Origin: Lingula anatina
Taxonomy: Eukaryota > Animalia > Brachiopoda
NCBI GenBank assembly: GCA_051362555.1
Contig: CM120646.1
Coordinates: 13,702,001 to 13,766,000 of the forward strand
Direction: 5' to 3'
Length of the DNA: 64,000 nucleotides
A program made the translations under genes and the position numbers. The notes beneath the pieces were generated by a model, which saw nothing but the letters and a program-made list of their open reading frames with translations, was not told the DNA's origin and made no database searches. Of the stretch, positions 11,858 through 25,100 are shown piece after piece (the first letter of the stretch is position 1; each line of letters starts with the position of its first letter).

Positions 11858-14800
11858 ATGAAAGTCGTCTTTTTCCTCGTCGCGGCCGTTTGCTTCGCAA
11901 GATCGGTTGATGGACGGTGTGATTGTCGGGTAGTATCAAGCATGAGTGAGTTTGACGACAGCCAGGTAAGTTTTCAAAAGTTGTTTTAGAAGTTGGTTAG
12001 GAAGGTCTGGGAAAGAGGAACTGAACTATAGAAAAAAATTGAAAGCCTGAACGTAACATTAATGTTTTCAACACCTTTTTTTCAGCGGTTGTAGACCTTA
12101 CAAAGCGTAGATACTCGTGTTGAAATAATCAATTCAAATTGATTAGCTTATGGGCGACTTTTTTAATGACAATTTAGTACTTCTATTGAATAGAATGAAA
12201 ATATTGTAGTCTGACGTTAACAAAAATTCAGCGTTATTAACCATAGGTATTTTAAACCTACAATATTGACAATTTGAAAACTGAAGTTAAAAAAACATTA
12301 ATGCTTCTGACTCTGATAGAGTGCGAAAATTACTGAGAGAGAACAAAAAACGTGCATTTCTTTCCATTATCCAACACGATACAGTTGCATTTTAGTTATG
12401 AACATTTGAGCTAATTGTGTGAGCTCATATCTGTCAACATTGCCAGAGAGGGAAATTTCCTCACGTACCCTACGTCTCCTACCCCAACTAAATGCTTTTT
12501 TAAAATGTCGAAGATAAAATTTCTTTAATCTTTGGAAAGACTTGTTTCTTTTTTGATTTCGAAATGTATTAACAGTTTGCTATTAATACTGCATTTCTGT
12601 ACTTTTTAAAATCACTAAACTAATTTAGTAAGTTCACAACACCAAATTGATATGACGGATACACGAAAAAAGGAATTTATTTATTTGATGATACTTTGGA
12701 AAGCTAAAAGGACCAGATCATTTTGATTACGAAGTTGCAAGATCACCTGTCGATTTATAAATCTCTCCGCTAGCAGTGAATTTATTTTCAGTTTGCATTG
12801 TAGTAGGCCTTCTGAGACTGGGTTCCCATACCTAGATCGATCCAACCGGATCGATCCATCTCCAAGCGATTTCTCGCTAAATTGCTGTCAGCTTAAGCGG
12901 CTTAGATATCTGGCACGCCTACTGAAGCTGCTAAACGATAATTTATTACCCCCTAGCAGCTTCAGTAGGCGTGACAGACATCTAAGCCGCCTAAATTGAT
13001 TGCAATTTAGCGAGAATCCCCGCGGAGATAGATCGATTAACAGTTAGTACGATAAGGAATGGTCCTTAGGAATCGAATTGGATGTACTGAATGGCTTTCT
13101 CATCACTTCAGATTCAAGGAAAATGGCACGAGATAAAATTCTACGAACCTAACCTCGACCCAAATTGGTTATGGGTTGACTATACCAATGAGTTCACCGT
13201 TATTGGAAATGGGACACTGTCGTGGGAACTGCGGGGAAGGTATGTGAATGTTTTCAAGTTTTGAGCAGATGACTTGTTTCATTATGTGCTTCATTGAACA
13301 AATGAATTTCTCTCGAACAAATTGATATTCTATAATTTTCACTTGGCTGCGATAAATGTAACCATAGTTTTTTCGTAGAACAAGAAATGCGTGCTTGAGC
13401 GTAGTTATTACCACGCGAGTGTTCGGCTGTTTTCAGAGAGGTAGCGTTGGCTGCACTTCTTCCAACGTGCTAACAATATTATTGCCATAGTTTCTTTCAA
13501 GCAGGAACTAAGCGGCCTTTTTTTATGTACATACATTGTGTTTTTTTTTCCTTTTTTTTTTTGAGTACTGACTTTTCAAATTTATTTACGCCGTAATTTT
13601 CTGATTTAAGAAAACGCAGTATAAAACGTGACGATGATTTTCAGAGTGGCGGTCGACCCTGACGAATGTTTTCACTACACTCGTTACCTTGAACCAACCG
13701 GCACTCCAGGCAACTACATCTACTTTAAGAGTAAGTTTTACTGCCTTGGTGAATTAGACATAAAAGCACGAGACTTAATAAAGTAATTGCAATCCGTCGA
13801 CAAAGCCAGGGGCCGTTGGGTGACAAGGTTTCTGAAGTCCGTTTTTTTAAAAAAATATTGAATCTCAAGCATTGTATAGTAGTACGACGTACCTGTGGCA
13901 TGCTTCTAAAGATCGTCGATTGATTCAACAATTTGATATATGAAATAAAATAAACCTGCAGTCGTTAGTCGTTGCTTTATAATCCTATGATCCTAATATG
14001 ATTTTATTTATTTATTTATTTATTTTATTATTTTTTTTGGGGGGGGGGGGGGCGGGGAAGGGTAAACTGTTGTTGATACTTTTAGGAGAAGAAAGTAATG
14101 CATTTAAATAGAGAATTGCGGTATTTACTTACTTAGATTGGCACGTGCAAGTACATTGTGTAACTTCACTAGATATAGCCTTTGGTATTATACATGTTGA
14201 ATTGAGGCAAATATCTTTGTAGAACATCCTAGAGATATTTTTGAAGTCAGGACAGTCTAAATAATGATGAACATTCCATTTCAGACGGCGTCAAAAACAG
14301 GGACGTTGCGTTTGTTACTACTGATTACAACACGTATCTAATTACGGCGGACCAAAAACCAACCGGTATCTCGCACGTCACTGTTTGGGGACGTGCCTCC
14401 TCTCTCTCTGCTAATGTAGCTGCGCTTGTAGACCAACTTATTATCAGTGAGACTTGTCTTGGTTCTTCTGACTTTGGCGCCTTCCACAATTCAAGTCACA
14501 CCAACCGTAAGTCAATGTGATTTATTTGAGTTAAATTAATAGTACAGAACGCAGGTACTCATAAATGCAGGTGCGCTGTTATTAACTTTTGCCTTCACAC
14601 ACTTGCTTTGTGTTTTTCTGTCGTAGAGTTTTGATAAACTTGTTCGTTTTAATTTTCTTGATTTATTGCCACGCGATGTCATGTATCAGGCCTGTAGCCA
14701 GGGGGGGTTCGGGGGGTTCGAAAGAACCGCCCCTTTTGCTGGGAAAAGGTCCACTCTGGGTTAAATTTGATCTTGTTACATGAAGTTTTTATGGGGAAAA

Positions 14801-14983
14801 GGTCCACTTTTTCAGAAAAAGAACCCCCCTTTTAAAAAAATTTAAAATTGCTGGCTACGGGCCTGTGTATATACATCCAAACAAGTGGTACAATTCATAC
14901 ATGTAATTAAATGGTTACTGTCCTTTACTAAAGCACGGAGAAATAAGCATATGTTGTCTTTTTATTCTTCAGCATGCCCATAG
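11858..14983 (+). CDS. Secreted lipocalin copy C (RBP4/purpurin/ApoD-like), 184 aa; exons 11858-11965, 13112-13239, 13645-13730, 14285-14506, 14973-14983
   Basis: Same exon sizes (108/128/86/222/11) with all-canonical splice sites. Reads FDDSQ-IQGKWHEI (GxW), TTDYNTY, VWGR and C-terminal PCP*. AATAAA near 15081. Confidence 0.92.
12815..13066. mobile_element. Same hairpin MITE as 327-557, intron 1 of lipocalin C
   Basis: Same arms and same insertion point as copy A; absent from copy B. Confidence 0.75.
14687..14865. mobile_element. MITE with 15-bp TIR and 5-bp TSD in intron 4 of lipocalin C
   Basis: TIRs CAGGCCTGTAGCCAG / CTGGCTACGGGCCTG (14/15). TGTAT at 14682-14686 and 14866-14870. The element is absent from the paralogous intron of copy B (about 10115-10140). 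Confidence 0.8.
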
Positions 14984-17352
14984 AGGAAACATGGACCAAG
15001 CCAGACGAGCGACTTCATGAGGCATTTCCTATATCGACAATGATTATCAGTGAACTAGTTCTGTAGTATTGAATATTCAGAATAAATTTTCTTGCGTGCA
15101 AACAATATACATGTTGACGAGTTGTCTATAATAAAGAAATGAAATGCTCGGAAATCATTGTAAAAGCATGGTTTAATATGGAGATAGTTACTTACGGTTC
15201 TAATTTCATCATTTACAGAAAAGCAGAATAGAATTATGCTTCAGTGAAAAGTAAATTATTTTTCCTGCTTTTACAAAACTTTTTATTTATAACTTGTCGT
15301 ATGCATTAGTGTTTAACGAATTATAGATTTCCACTTCATCTTTCTATTTCTTATCTATTGCAAGGCTTAAAACATTTGGAGAAAAATCTTTTGAATACGT
15401 GAACCAGCAGGAATGAAATCAGTTACCATCAGAATTAAAAAGGCTCAGAAGATGATTTAAAAAAAGTACTAAAACTTATCTTTTCTAAAATATTATACAC
15501 GATGTAATTCTTTTTAACTTTGCAACTTTGTTTAAAAAAAGATATCTACTGATTTAAAGCAGGATATATGCTGTTAAAACCAGTCTGTTTACTGTCTTAA
15601 AACCATACTTTTGTAACACAAAAATGTAATTGGTGAAACTCTTATAATTTTCAAAGCCAAAACCGTACAAATTTAAAGGTTTTTTTACATTAAACAAGCA
15701 CGGTCGTTCTTAAGACAGGCTAGATATTTGCTTTCTTCTTAGCATTGTTCTTTTGCTCTTGAAAACATGTAAGATATAGGTAGATCCCCCCTTTCCCCCA
15801 ATGTTATTTAAATGTAAAGAATGCTCCATTAAAGCAGAGGCAAAAGTATATAAATACTGAAACAAAATTCATTTCACTCTCTCAAGAAAAAATACTTTAT
15901 CTCCTTGTAAACTACAATTGCGTGTTACGTTTTATATCAGGATAACCTGTTTTATCTGCACATACTCCGTGCAGAGGTGATAGCATATTTTATATATCTC
16001 ATGAACTATTGGAACGATTTTTTTTTCACTGATATAACATTCACAGCACACAGTGAAAGTTGGCTAAAGACAAACTTATTTTACATTGATAAGTAATGAA
16101 TAATATTATTTTTCTAAGTAGCTGTTCTATACTTGCATACATTTAAAACAATACATGACATTTAAAGGGCGAACACATTGTATTAGGTCATATACGCTAA
16201 AATATCTCAAATGCTGATGCTTACACTTATAGACTGGTAAAAGAATTACGAAGATACGAATAAGAGTCTTTAAAATCTTAGCAACACGCACACACATATA
16301 TTAAAAAAAATTCTGAATTGGGTCAGGTACATGGCACACAAACATTTGCCCTGAACCAAACAGTTTGCTTTCTCATCCATGGGGGCTCTTATCTCTATTT
16401 TAAATGGAAATGCCTGTAACGTTCAATATCAGGGTAAAACATATTCATGATGATTAATATTCTTGAGAGCTAGGTCATGAAGTATTGTAAGCACTTACAC
16501 TCTTGCTAATAATGATGGGGTATTTTTTTCATGTATTCGATTCGTTAAGTTTCACTGTGCCAAGTTTCACAAAACTATTGATATTCCTGGCTAAGTTATA
16601 TTCTTATAATTTTGGCGAATTTGGCTACGAATAATGTAAAAAAAAAAAATTGTAAAAGATTTCATCATACGGCGCCTGGGGCAAATTTAGCTAGGCTTAA
16701 AGTCGGCTACACCAATGATTTTGTGAAAACTACCACCAGAATAAATAAGAAAGCAGCAAAGCAGTCAAACAGACGAGTGAATACTAATAGAAGCGGAGGC
16801 ATTCAAACAGTTTGAGGAAGTTGAATGGGATAATCAGGGGCGGAAATAGGATTATTTGCAGGGGGGGGGGGGCACGGGTGCGAAGCCGCCCCCCCCCCCC
16901 CCAACATTCATTCGATGCACATATCGTAAAGAAAAGGGATGTTGCGGTGTTTAAATACTCGAAAAAATTGATTTTACCGTCGTAAGAGGGGAGTCTTGTC
17001 ATATCATAAACTCTCTTTATTGGCGGCAAAATATATCACGACGTCAGTTCAAGTTGATAAATTCACATCTTGAAAAACTTTGTGATAAATGCTTAGCCCG
17101 ATGTTTTTTCTATAATCATATTTTTTATCACTGACATTCTCTATTACAAACAATAAAATGATTTTTTTGTCGTTGCTTCTGCATCAAAAAGAGCTTATAG
17201 TCGACATTGTCATCATTTTCAAATCTCACTCCAGTAGCGAACCATTTTCAGTCTGCGTGGATATGGGCAAGTGTACTGTACTGCCGCTAGTATTAACTTC
17301 TTTAAATAATTTAAAGGCGAATAAGAGCTTAAAAATGCTTAATGCAGCTTTC

Positions 17353-17389
<37 letters not shown>

Positions 17390-19142
17390 AAGGGGGTGGG
17401 GGTGGGGGGCATGATTCAGATGATCTGACCAGTCGAATTACATAAGCCTAATACATTGTCTCTAAATCAGCATTATATGGAGGAAAGAGGGTTTGATGTT
17501 TTTGTTTTTAACTAGCTAAAACAACCAATAACCTACATATAAAATGATTTCAAATAAAACAGAATCAATGGAACATACGGTGTCCTTTTAAGTGGAAAGG
17601 GTTGCAGAATTATACAAAAGTTAAAGAAGGACAACACTTCTGATTTTGGTGTATAACTGTATTATATACATTAATAATAAACATTAATTCACCAACCAGA
17701 ACCACATACTGCATGAGAGCATATTGGTGTTAATTTTTTAAAAACTTTCTGTAGCTGCTCATGCCATTTTCAATTAAAAGTATGCAGATGAAATAATTAT
17801 ATAGTTCAATACATAAAATTAATATTAACTCTTTTAAGAGTAACAAGCTTACAGTATGTGTAAAATACTTTAGATATGTTTAAAGGTATTATTTAGAAAG
17901 AGACAATTAATTGTCTAATCCAAATAATATGATTCTTGTGTAACTAAAATAATACAGAACATTTACCAAGTGAACACATTAAATTTTTACTCAACTACCA
18001 AGGCTGTCATCTTTTAATCTTTAGTATTTGGAAAATGAAAATGTGTGTACACAAATAAGTAATAGAATCACACTAATTATGTTATCACGTCTGTAGTAAT
18101 TTATGATTTAAAACTTATAAAGTTACAAGAACTTTTTGCAGGGTTTTCGTTTTCAATTCCCCCTACATTAACATGTAAATATATGATATGAATTTTCCTC
18201 AATAAATGGGGAATTGTGCCTTTTGAAATAAACAAATCACAATAAAATGTAAATATCTGAATGTATAAATGGATGTGATTTTAAGAAAAATATTTTTGCT
18301 TTTAATTCTTTTTTAATAAATTTATTTTTGCCAATATCCAAAAGATTAAAAAACCAAAAGGTTGATATATTTTGTGCTTTTGAAAAGAAGAGGGTACTTC
18401 AAATTCATATGACCACAGATCACAACTCTTTATAACTTTTCAAAAGACACTGGGTTGGTTTATCACATATTTGCCAAATAACATTTTTTTGTCTTGTCAA
18501 CCTCTGTCTGATTGCTTAAGTGCAAAAGGAGCAAAAATGTAAAAGAAGGCAAAGAGATTATGCATTATCACATTAACTATCTTTAAAACAACAATTTCCT
18601 TCAATCATCTGACTTAACATTGCTATTCCATACTGTCTAAACAAAGTTTTTTGTCATAACAAATACAACCAACGTACAACACATAAAAATTGCATTGATA
18701 ACAGTAAAACATGCACAGCTACCACTTGCTCACACTGCTTATCTTTCACTACGCATGGCACTTTGGAAGTCATTTGATCTAAATGATTTTGTCCTAGAAA
18801 GGCCCAGCTGGAAGACTAGATCATACAATAAAGCTATGACAGAAAGTTCTGTTTATCCATTGCTTAGCAACTCGATCACATAAATTTCTTTTGAGGAAGT
18901 TAACAATTATTATATTGCAAAATAGAGAGCTTCTGCACATCACTGTTTACATCAAGTCTTATCCATATGACTGCAACAGAAATATTTTTCTGTATTGGTG
19001 GCTTATCTTCTTGATCAGCTGCCTGATGGTGAGTTAATTGCTCTCCTTCCATGCCATTTTTGCATTGCCACTGAACTTCACTTTAATATTCTTCGCAAAG
19101 AATGAGTTAATTTGGAACCATTAAATCTATTTTGACTGTTTA

Positions 19143-22100
19143 TTAGATTTCTTTGGACTCTCTAAAGGATCTGTTTCCAGACTTGTTGTAGGCTTGAAGG
19201 TTATACCTGGAAATGAAAAAAATTCAAAATATAATTTTCTTATTAAAACGCACATGGAAATGATCTGAAATGTTAATTAATATTAATTAAAATGCAAATT
19301 AACACATAATACTAAAGATTAAGATAACAAATTTAAGGTGGTAAAATAAAAAAAAAAAAATGATATGATCCCCATCTACAAAAGTTCTAATAAAACTTTG
19401 TCAACTAAAATGAAAAGTTTATTCAGATCCAATTTCTTTTTTTAATCACTCACCAAGCTGTAGTGGCTTTGTTGAGATCCAGTTCAGAAAGGTCAATGTA
19501 CACTCTTCCCATGTCGTGTTTTCCCTTAGAGAACACCCCCACCGAGTTCTTCACCGCAATGTCCAGCGTCCTTTGCTGGGCGTCTCTCTGGTTGACTGCA
19601 AATTCAAATCTGAAATAAAAGACATAAAATACTAAGAAAGGGCGTCTCTCTGGTTGACTGCAAATTCAAATCTGAAATAAAAGACATAAAATACTAAGAA
19701 AGGGCGTCTCTCTGGTTGACTGCAAATTCAAATCTGAAATAAAATACATAAAATACTAAGAAAGGGCGTCTCTCTGGTTGACTGCAAATTCAAATCTGAA
19801 ATAAAATACATAAAATACTAAGAAAGGGCGTCTCTCTGGTTGACTGCAAATTCAAATCTGAAATAAAAGACATAAAATACTAAGAAAGGGCGTCTCTCTG
19901 GTTGACTGCAAATTCAAATCTGAAATAAAAGAGGAATGATTTTGACAATTTAGCAGGTTTTCACATATATGAAAATGCACCTAGTGACCCTAAAATGAGG
20001 CAGGTTCAAACAGATACCAAAAGTAACCTAAAATGAAGGAATAGGCCCTTTGTTTTTTGGAACTTAGAACCACCGGTTAGTTTGGTGGGTTAAGGTTGGG
20101 GAGAACCATAATATGATTATAATAGATCAAGATGTAAAATTCAACTGCACCCTGTAACAGTCTACTGATTTGAAAGTTATTGTACTAGCTGGGTTGGTCC
20201 AATTGGCTAAAGTGCAATCAGTGGCAGTGTTTGCCTCTTAGGAAAATTAGTTGCTGGACCGAAAGTCCAACCAACTTGAAAAGTAGCTAGACTGAATGTC
20301 TGCGGGGTTGGAAAACTTCTCAGCTCGTTCTGAAAGTTGTCAGCCCCGGGCAGACGGTCCAGCTTTAATTTCTAACACTGATCAGTGGAATCAGCTTAAT
20401 CAGCACACCATAGTTAATTACCCCCTAGCTGCTTGGGGAGGCATGTCAGACAATTAAGCAGATTCCAATTAATACACTTTAGCAAGAATCCCTGGCAAAA
20501 TTGGACTGACCCAGCTACCATGATGTGTGAATCTCAATGCGGTCTTAGAGTCTGTTCGCCCACAATGAGTGCACAATTTTATTAAATAAAAGACAGGACA
20601 ATATTCACTTACGTCTCATCAAATATGGGGTTGAGGTTGCACTTGTGGACCTGTGTTTTCTTCTTGGTGTGCAGGTGCCTGTCTGGCAGCAGATACAGGC
20701 GGACAAAGGGGTCAGCTAGGTTGCTATCGTCTGGTGGAATCAGGGCGCTGGAAGACGGAACAACCCATGTTTAATACAATTTAGTCTATTCATATTTTTG
20801 TGACATGAAGGATTGTCCAAGGTTCAACCAGTCAAACACTGCCGTTTTTTTAAGTTTACAACTCTGTATTTACCTTCTGGTGAAATGCTGCAATATTTAC
20901 TGAAGAGATGAAGATTAAAAGTAGGAATAATGAAATATATTTATTAATATAATCATTTTGCAGTAGTAATATCATTGAGGTCATAGTGTGGCATGCAAAT
21001 AATGAAAAATTTGCCTGAGATTTTAGAGAAATGTGGTATAGTTTGCATACTATATTTAAAAGTTAAGGTAACCATTTGTAAAGAACATTGTAGGAACACA
21101 ATATATTTACATCAATCACACTGCACAACAGTTACCCTCATGAAATACATTATCCCCAAATGATTTTTTATTTAACCACCTAAGCATTTATGACTTTAAA
21201 TAATTGCAAATTAAAAAATGTAAATTTAGAGCCCAATACTAAATTTAAGCAGTGCAAGTGCAGTGTTTATTCTCTTTAATTTAGGACGAACCACTACAAA
21301 CCTGCTTTAATTTGTCTTATTCCCTCATTATTAAGCAGTTATTTTTTTTTAATTTATAACTATGCCATCTATGTTGAAGATAATGAGGAAAAAAGAGTAA
21401 TAAATGATGTCACCAGGTAGGCACCCCTATAAATTATATATGTATATGTAGTATGTGCTACATTACATTAGTTAGTACTTGTAATCAAATCCCCACAAAT
21501 AATTTTCAGGAGTTAACCTTTTAAGAACTAAAAATTTTGATCATCAAATTTCAAGATTCAATTTGTATAGTATAGATAAAAAAAATTGAACAATACCCTG
21601 TAGCTTTATTATTTGTATTATTTATATATTTAATTACATTACAAAAAATGTTACAATCTATCAGTTAGAGCTCAATGAATTATGATCATTATAATGAAAT
21701 TATAACTATGATTATAATAAATGATCTATGTGTGAGGAAATGCTAATATGTGAACACACACACCTGACAATCAATGGTTCTTCTCAATTCTCTTTATTTT
21801 ATGGCAGAATATACATTTCTCATATTGATGGTTTATTTTTTATACCCTCAAAAAAAGATGGTTTCAAAAAGCTCCTATTGCAGACTGAAAACAAATCACT
21901 CACTAATAGCCTTAAGTTTTTTTCTTTCTTTCTTCTTCTTTTTTTTTTTTTTTTTGGGGGGGGGGGGGGGGTAGGGGGAGCAAACTTCACACTCTACATT
22001 TTGTACCTAAATGATGAAATCTTACAAAGAAATTGATCATGGCCATAAAAATATACAAGTACATTTCATAAACTAAGATATTAAAAGAATACAATTATAC

Positions 22101-25100
22101 TTTCTGATCACAACTGCATCAAACTAAATGAATTTTATCGACCAAATTTTGTGAAAAGAGAAGATTAAGAAATTCTGAAAAATGAGGATTCATGTCAGAC
22201 AGAGAATTGTTGAGTTCCCTAGATAAATATTTTGACTAAAATATAGAACAGCAATGCTTAAATTTTGTAAGAACACACAAAAAACATTTAAGGAGTCACA
22301 CACACACTTGTCCAGTGAAGAAGGTTATAAAACAGCATCAAACTAATAACCATCAACAAGTATGCAACTCTTATGTTGCATTTTTCATTCAAATTGCTCT
22401 CAGTCCAAACTTTGGTAAATCGATCATGCATAGCACTATGAAAAAAGGATCACAATTGTTTATGAATAAATCTTATGTTTTTTTAAATGCATTATGCTTT
22501 TATATGATCATGAACGGATGGAAGATTTGGAATCATGGAACCCTGTCAAACAACAACACTTATTATATCATCCAAAAAGGCAAGCTACATATCATCTGAT
22601 CATCTGATTTTTCTTTTGCTAAGGAAAAAAAAAAAATCATCCTAAAATTACACAAATTTCAACATAATCAATAGGCAACTGTGCAAAAATATATATGCAT
22701 TTACATATGCATAACATCGTCAGCCATTATCAATATCTCAGCAGATTTACCCTCCACCAGATAGCAGCATGCTAGCAATTAAAAAGCACAACTGACCTGT
22801 TTTCACGGCAAGACATCCTACACCAACAAAACTATATTTGAGTGTCAGTTTCATCCATGACCTAGAAAGATCTCTTTCTAAGCCACTGGTTTAATGCAGC
22901 TTTTACTTAAAACAACAACTCAGTAGAGCCACTGAAAGTTGCAGCCAAGATGGACTGTCCATCGTAAGAAATTATATAATATCACATAACGAGACATACA
23001 GAATGAGAATTCAGAATTAGAAAAAAAAAATGTAATTAAAAATTAAGCAGAAATCGAGATTAATAAAATTTGAAAATTTTACATTGAATAAGATATATCC
23101 TACATTGAAAAATCAAATCTATTTCTTAAAGGCAATCTCTGATGTTAAATTCCAGTTGAATTTAAGCAGGGGCAGAAAAATTTCAATTTGTTCAGATTCT
23201 GGCCACTCTTTCTGAGTGTCTGGAAGGGCCAGCAGGTGCAAAAGATCTTGGCCCTGACTAAAAAGATAGCTCATTAGTTTTCAAAATTTTAAAACTTTAA
23301 TCTTATTGCCCTGGAAACAGATCTATGCATGCATCCATAGCACATCACTGCTGCAAGCTGAAACTACAACCACATATAAATAAATCCAAAGCACAATTTT
23401 GTTAGAAGGGAGCAGGGATTAGAGAAATAACACTGAGGAGATGCGATCCACAGTTGAACCTTTTCTTTTGGGGTGATGTTTCCTCTTTCGCTACAGACTC
23501 CTTGGTGGGTACCACATCAGCGGTATTAGCACGCGGTCTGCTAGGAGTACCGCCTCCTTTGTTGTTGTTGTCTTGGTTACGGGACGTCCTCAAACTTGCT
23601 CTCCGTCTTATCTTTGGAGTGCTGAATGACCAGTATTTTTTTCGTGGACTAAGCTCACTAAAAACAACAGAACTATGTAGATCTCTATTGGGCATCTTAA
23701 AAACTTTTTCATGAATTTGTGAGAATAAATAAAATATATAAGTGTCATAATCCATATTTCTAAAGGCCATTATTTCACAAACATTCATTTCCAAAATGAT
23801 ATAATAGAGTGCTATATCTGAATGCAAAACCATAGAATTATTTACAAAAGAAAACAAGGCAGCAAAGCTGTCAAATGTACAGACAAAAAGCAGGAAATAA
23901 CAAAATAGGCTACTGTCAATTCTGATGCAAAAGTACATTATGTTAAACTGCAAATTCAACATCAAATTTTAATTATGCTCAACAGGTAATACCAATGTAA
24001 GTAAAATGTGAAACAAGCATAAAGCTTCAGGCCCATGGGAGTTCAAGTTCACACTTTGAAAATGTAAAACTTCCAGAAAAAGAAGTCAATTAAACTGCTT
24101 TTCTAACTCAGGCTGCATTTCAGTCCTGTATTTCTTTTTTGAAAGTTTGGCAATCATAAGTAACATGGTTTTCCCATAATGGTCATCATGGCAGCAGCAC
24201 CCAAAATTGTGTTTTCTTCTATTCTGATGTAATATTACATAATGGTTAACAGCATAATGACAATCAATTTTTAATAACAAAATATATGTATCATGGATTT
24301 TCAGAAAATGTGACTAGCCTGGGTCTTCAAGCCTGTGGAACTTCAAAGTCACACCTTGAAAATGCCAATATGTGAAAAATTAAATTTTCACAAAAAAAAA
24401 ACTGTTTATCTGGCAGATTGCATTGCCTACTGAAGCTGTATTTTAGTCCCATGTTTCTTTCCTGTAAGTTTGAGAACAGTAAGTGACATGGTTTTTCTTA
24501 AAAGGTAATCATGGGAGCAGTGCCCAAAATAGTTTTTTTTCAAATTTTGATGCAATGTTACATATGTTTAACAGCATAATGACCATCAATTTTTACTAAT
24601 AAAATATTAGTATCATGGATATTCAGAAAATGTGACTAGCAAAGGTCTTCAGGCCCATGGAACTTCAAAGTCACAACTTGAAAATGCCAAAATGTAAACA
24701 AGACAGCACTGTTCTGAAATGTTTTTTTCCCCATTTTTAACAATTTTTAACATAAAACAAAATTAACAGTTTACTGCCATTTTTATATGATCAACTAAGA
24801 AAATTGATGACATGAGAAAAGTATCAATAGAGCAGTGTTAAATGTCCAATTTCTTCCATTCTGAGATTCTGAACATAGTGAATGATTGAATCTGACAAAT
24901 TGCAATGATATGAGTTTATTTCCATTTTTGAAACTCTATTATACAATACATGATAACAAGTTTACCATCATTTTTACATAATCAACTAACAATGTTGTAA
25001 AGATGCAGGAAATGTCAAACAAACACTTTCACGTATCTTATTAGTTTAATAATGAGACTGTTAACATGCCTAAAAATTGAATCTGAAGAAATGTGAAAAA

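Noticed and set aside
19578-19932. CRISPR-like appearance of the 62-bp array
   Set aside because: Units are near-identical with no unique spacers, there are no cas genes, and the context is a eukaryotic intron.
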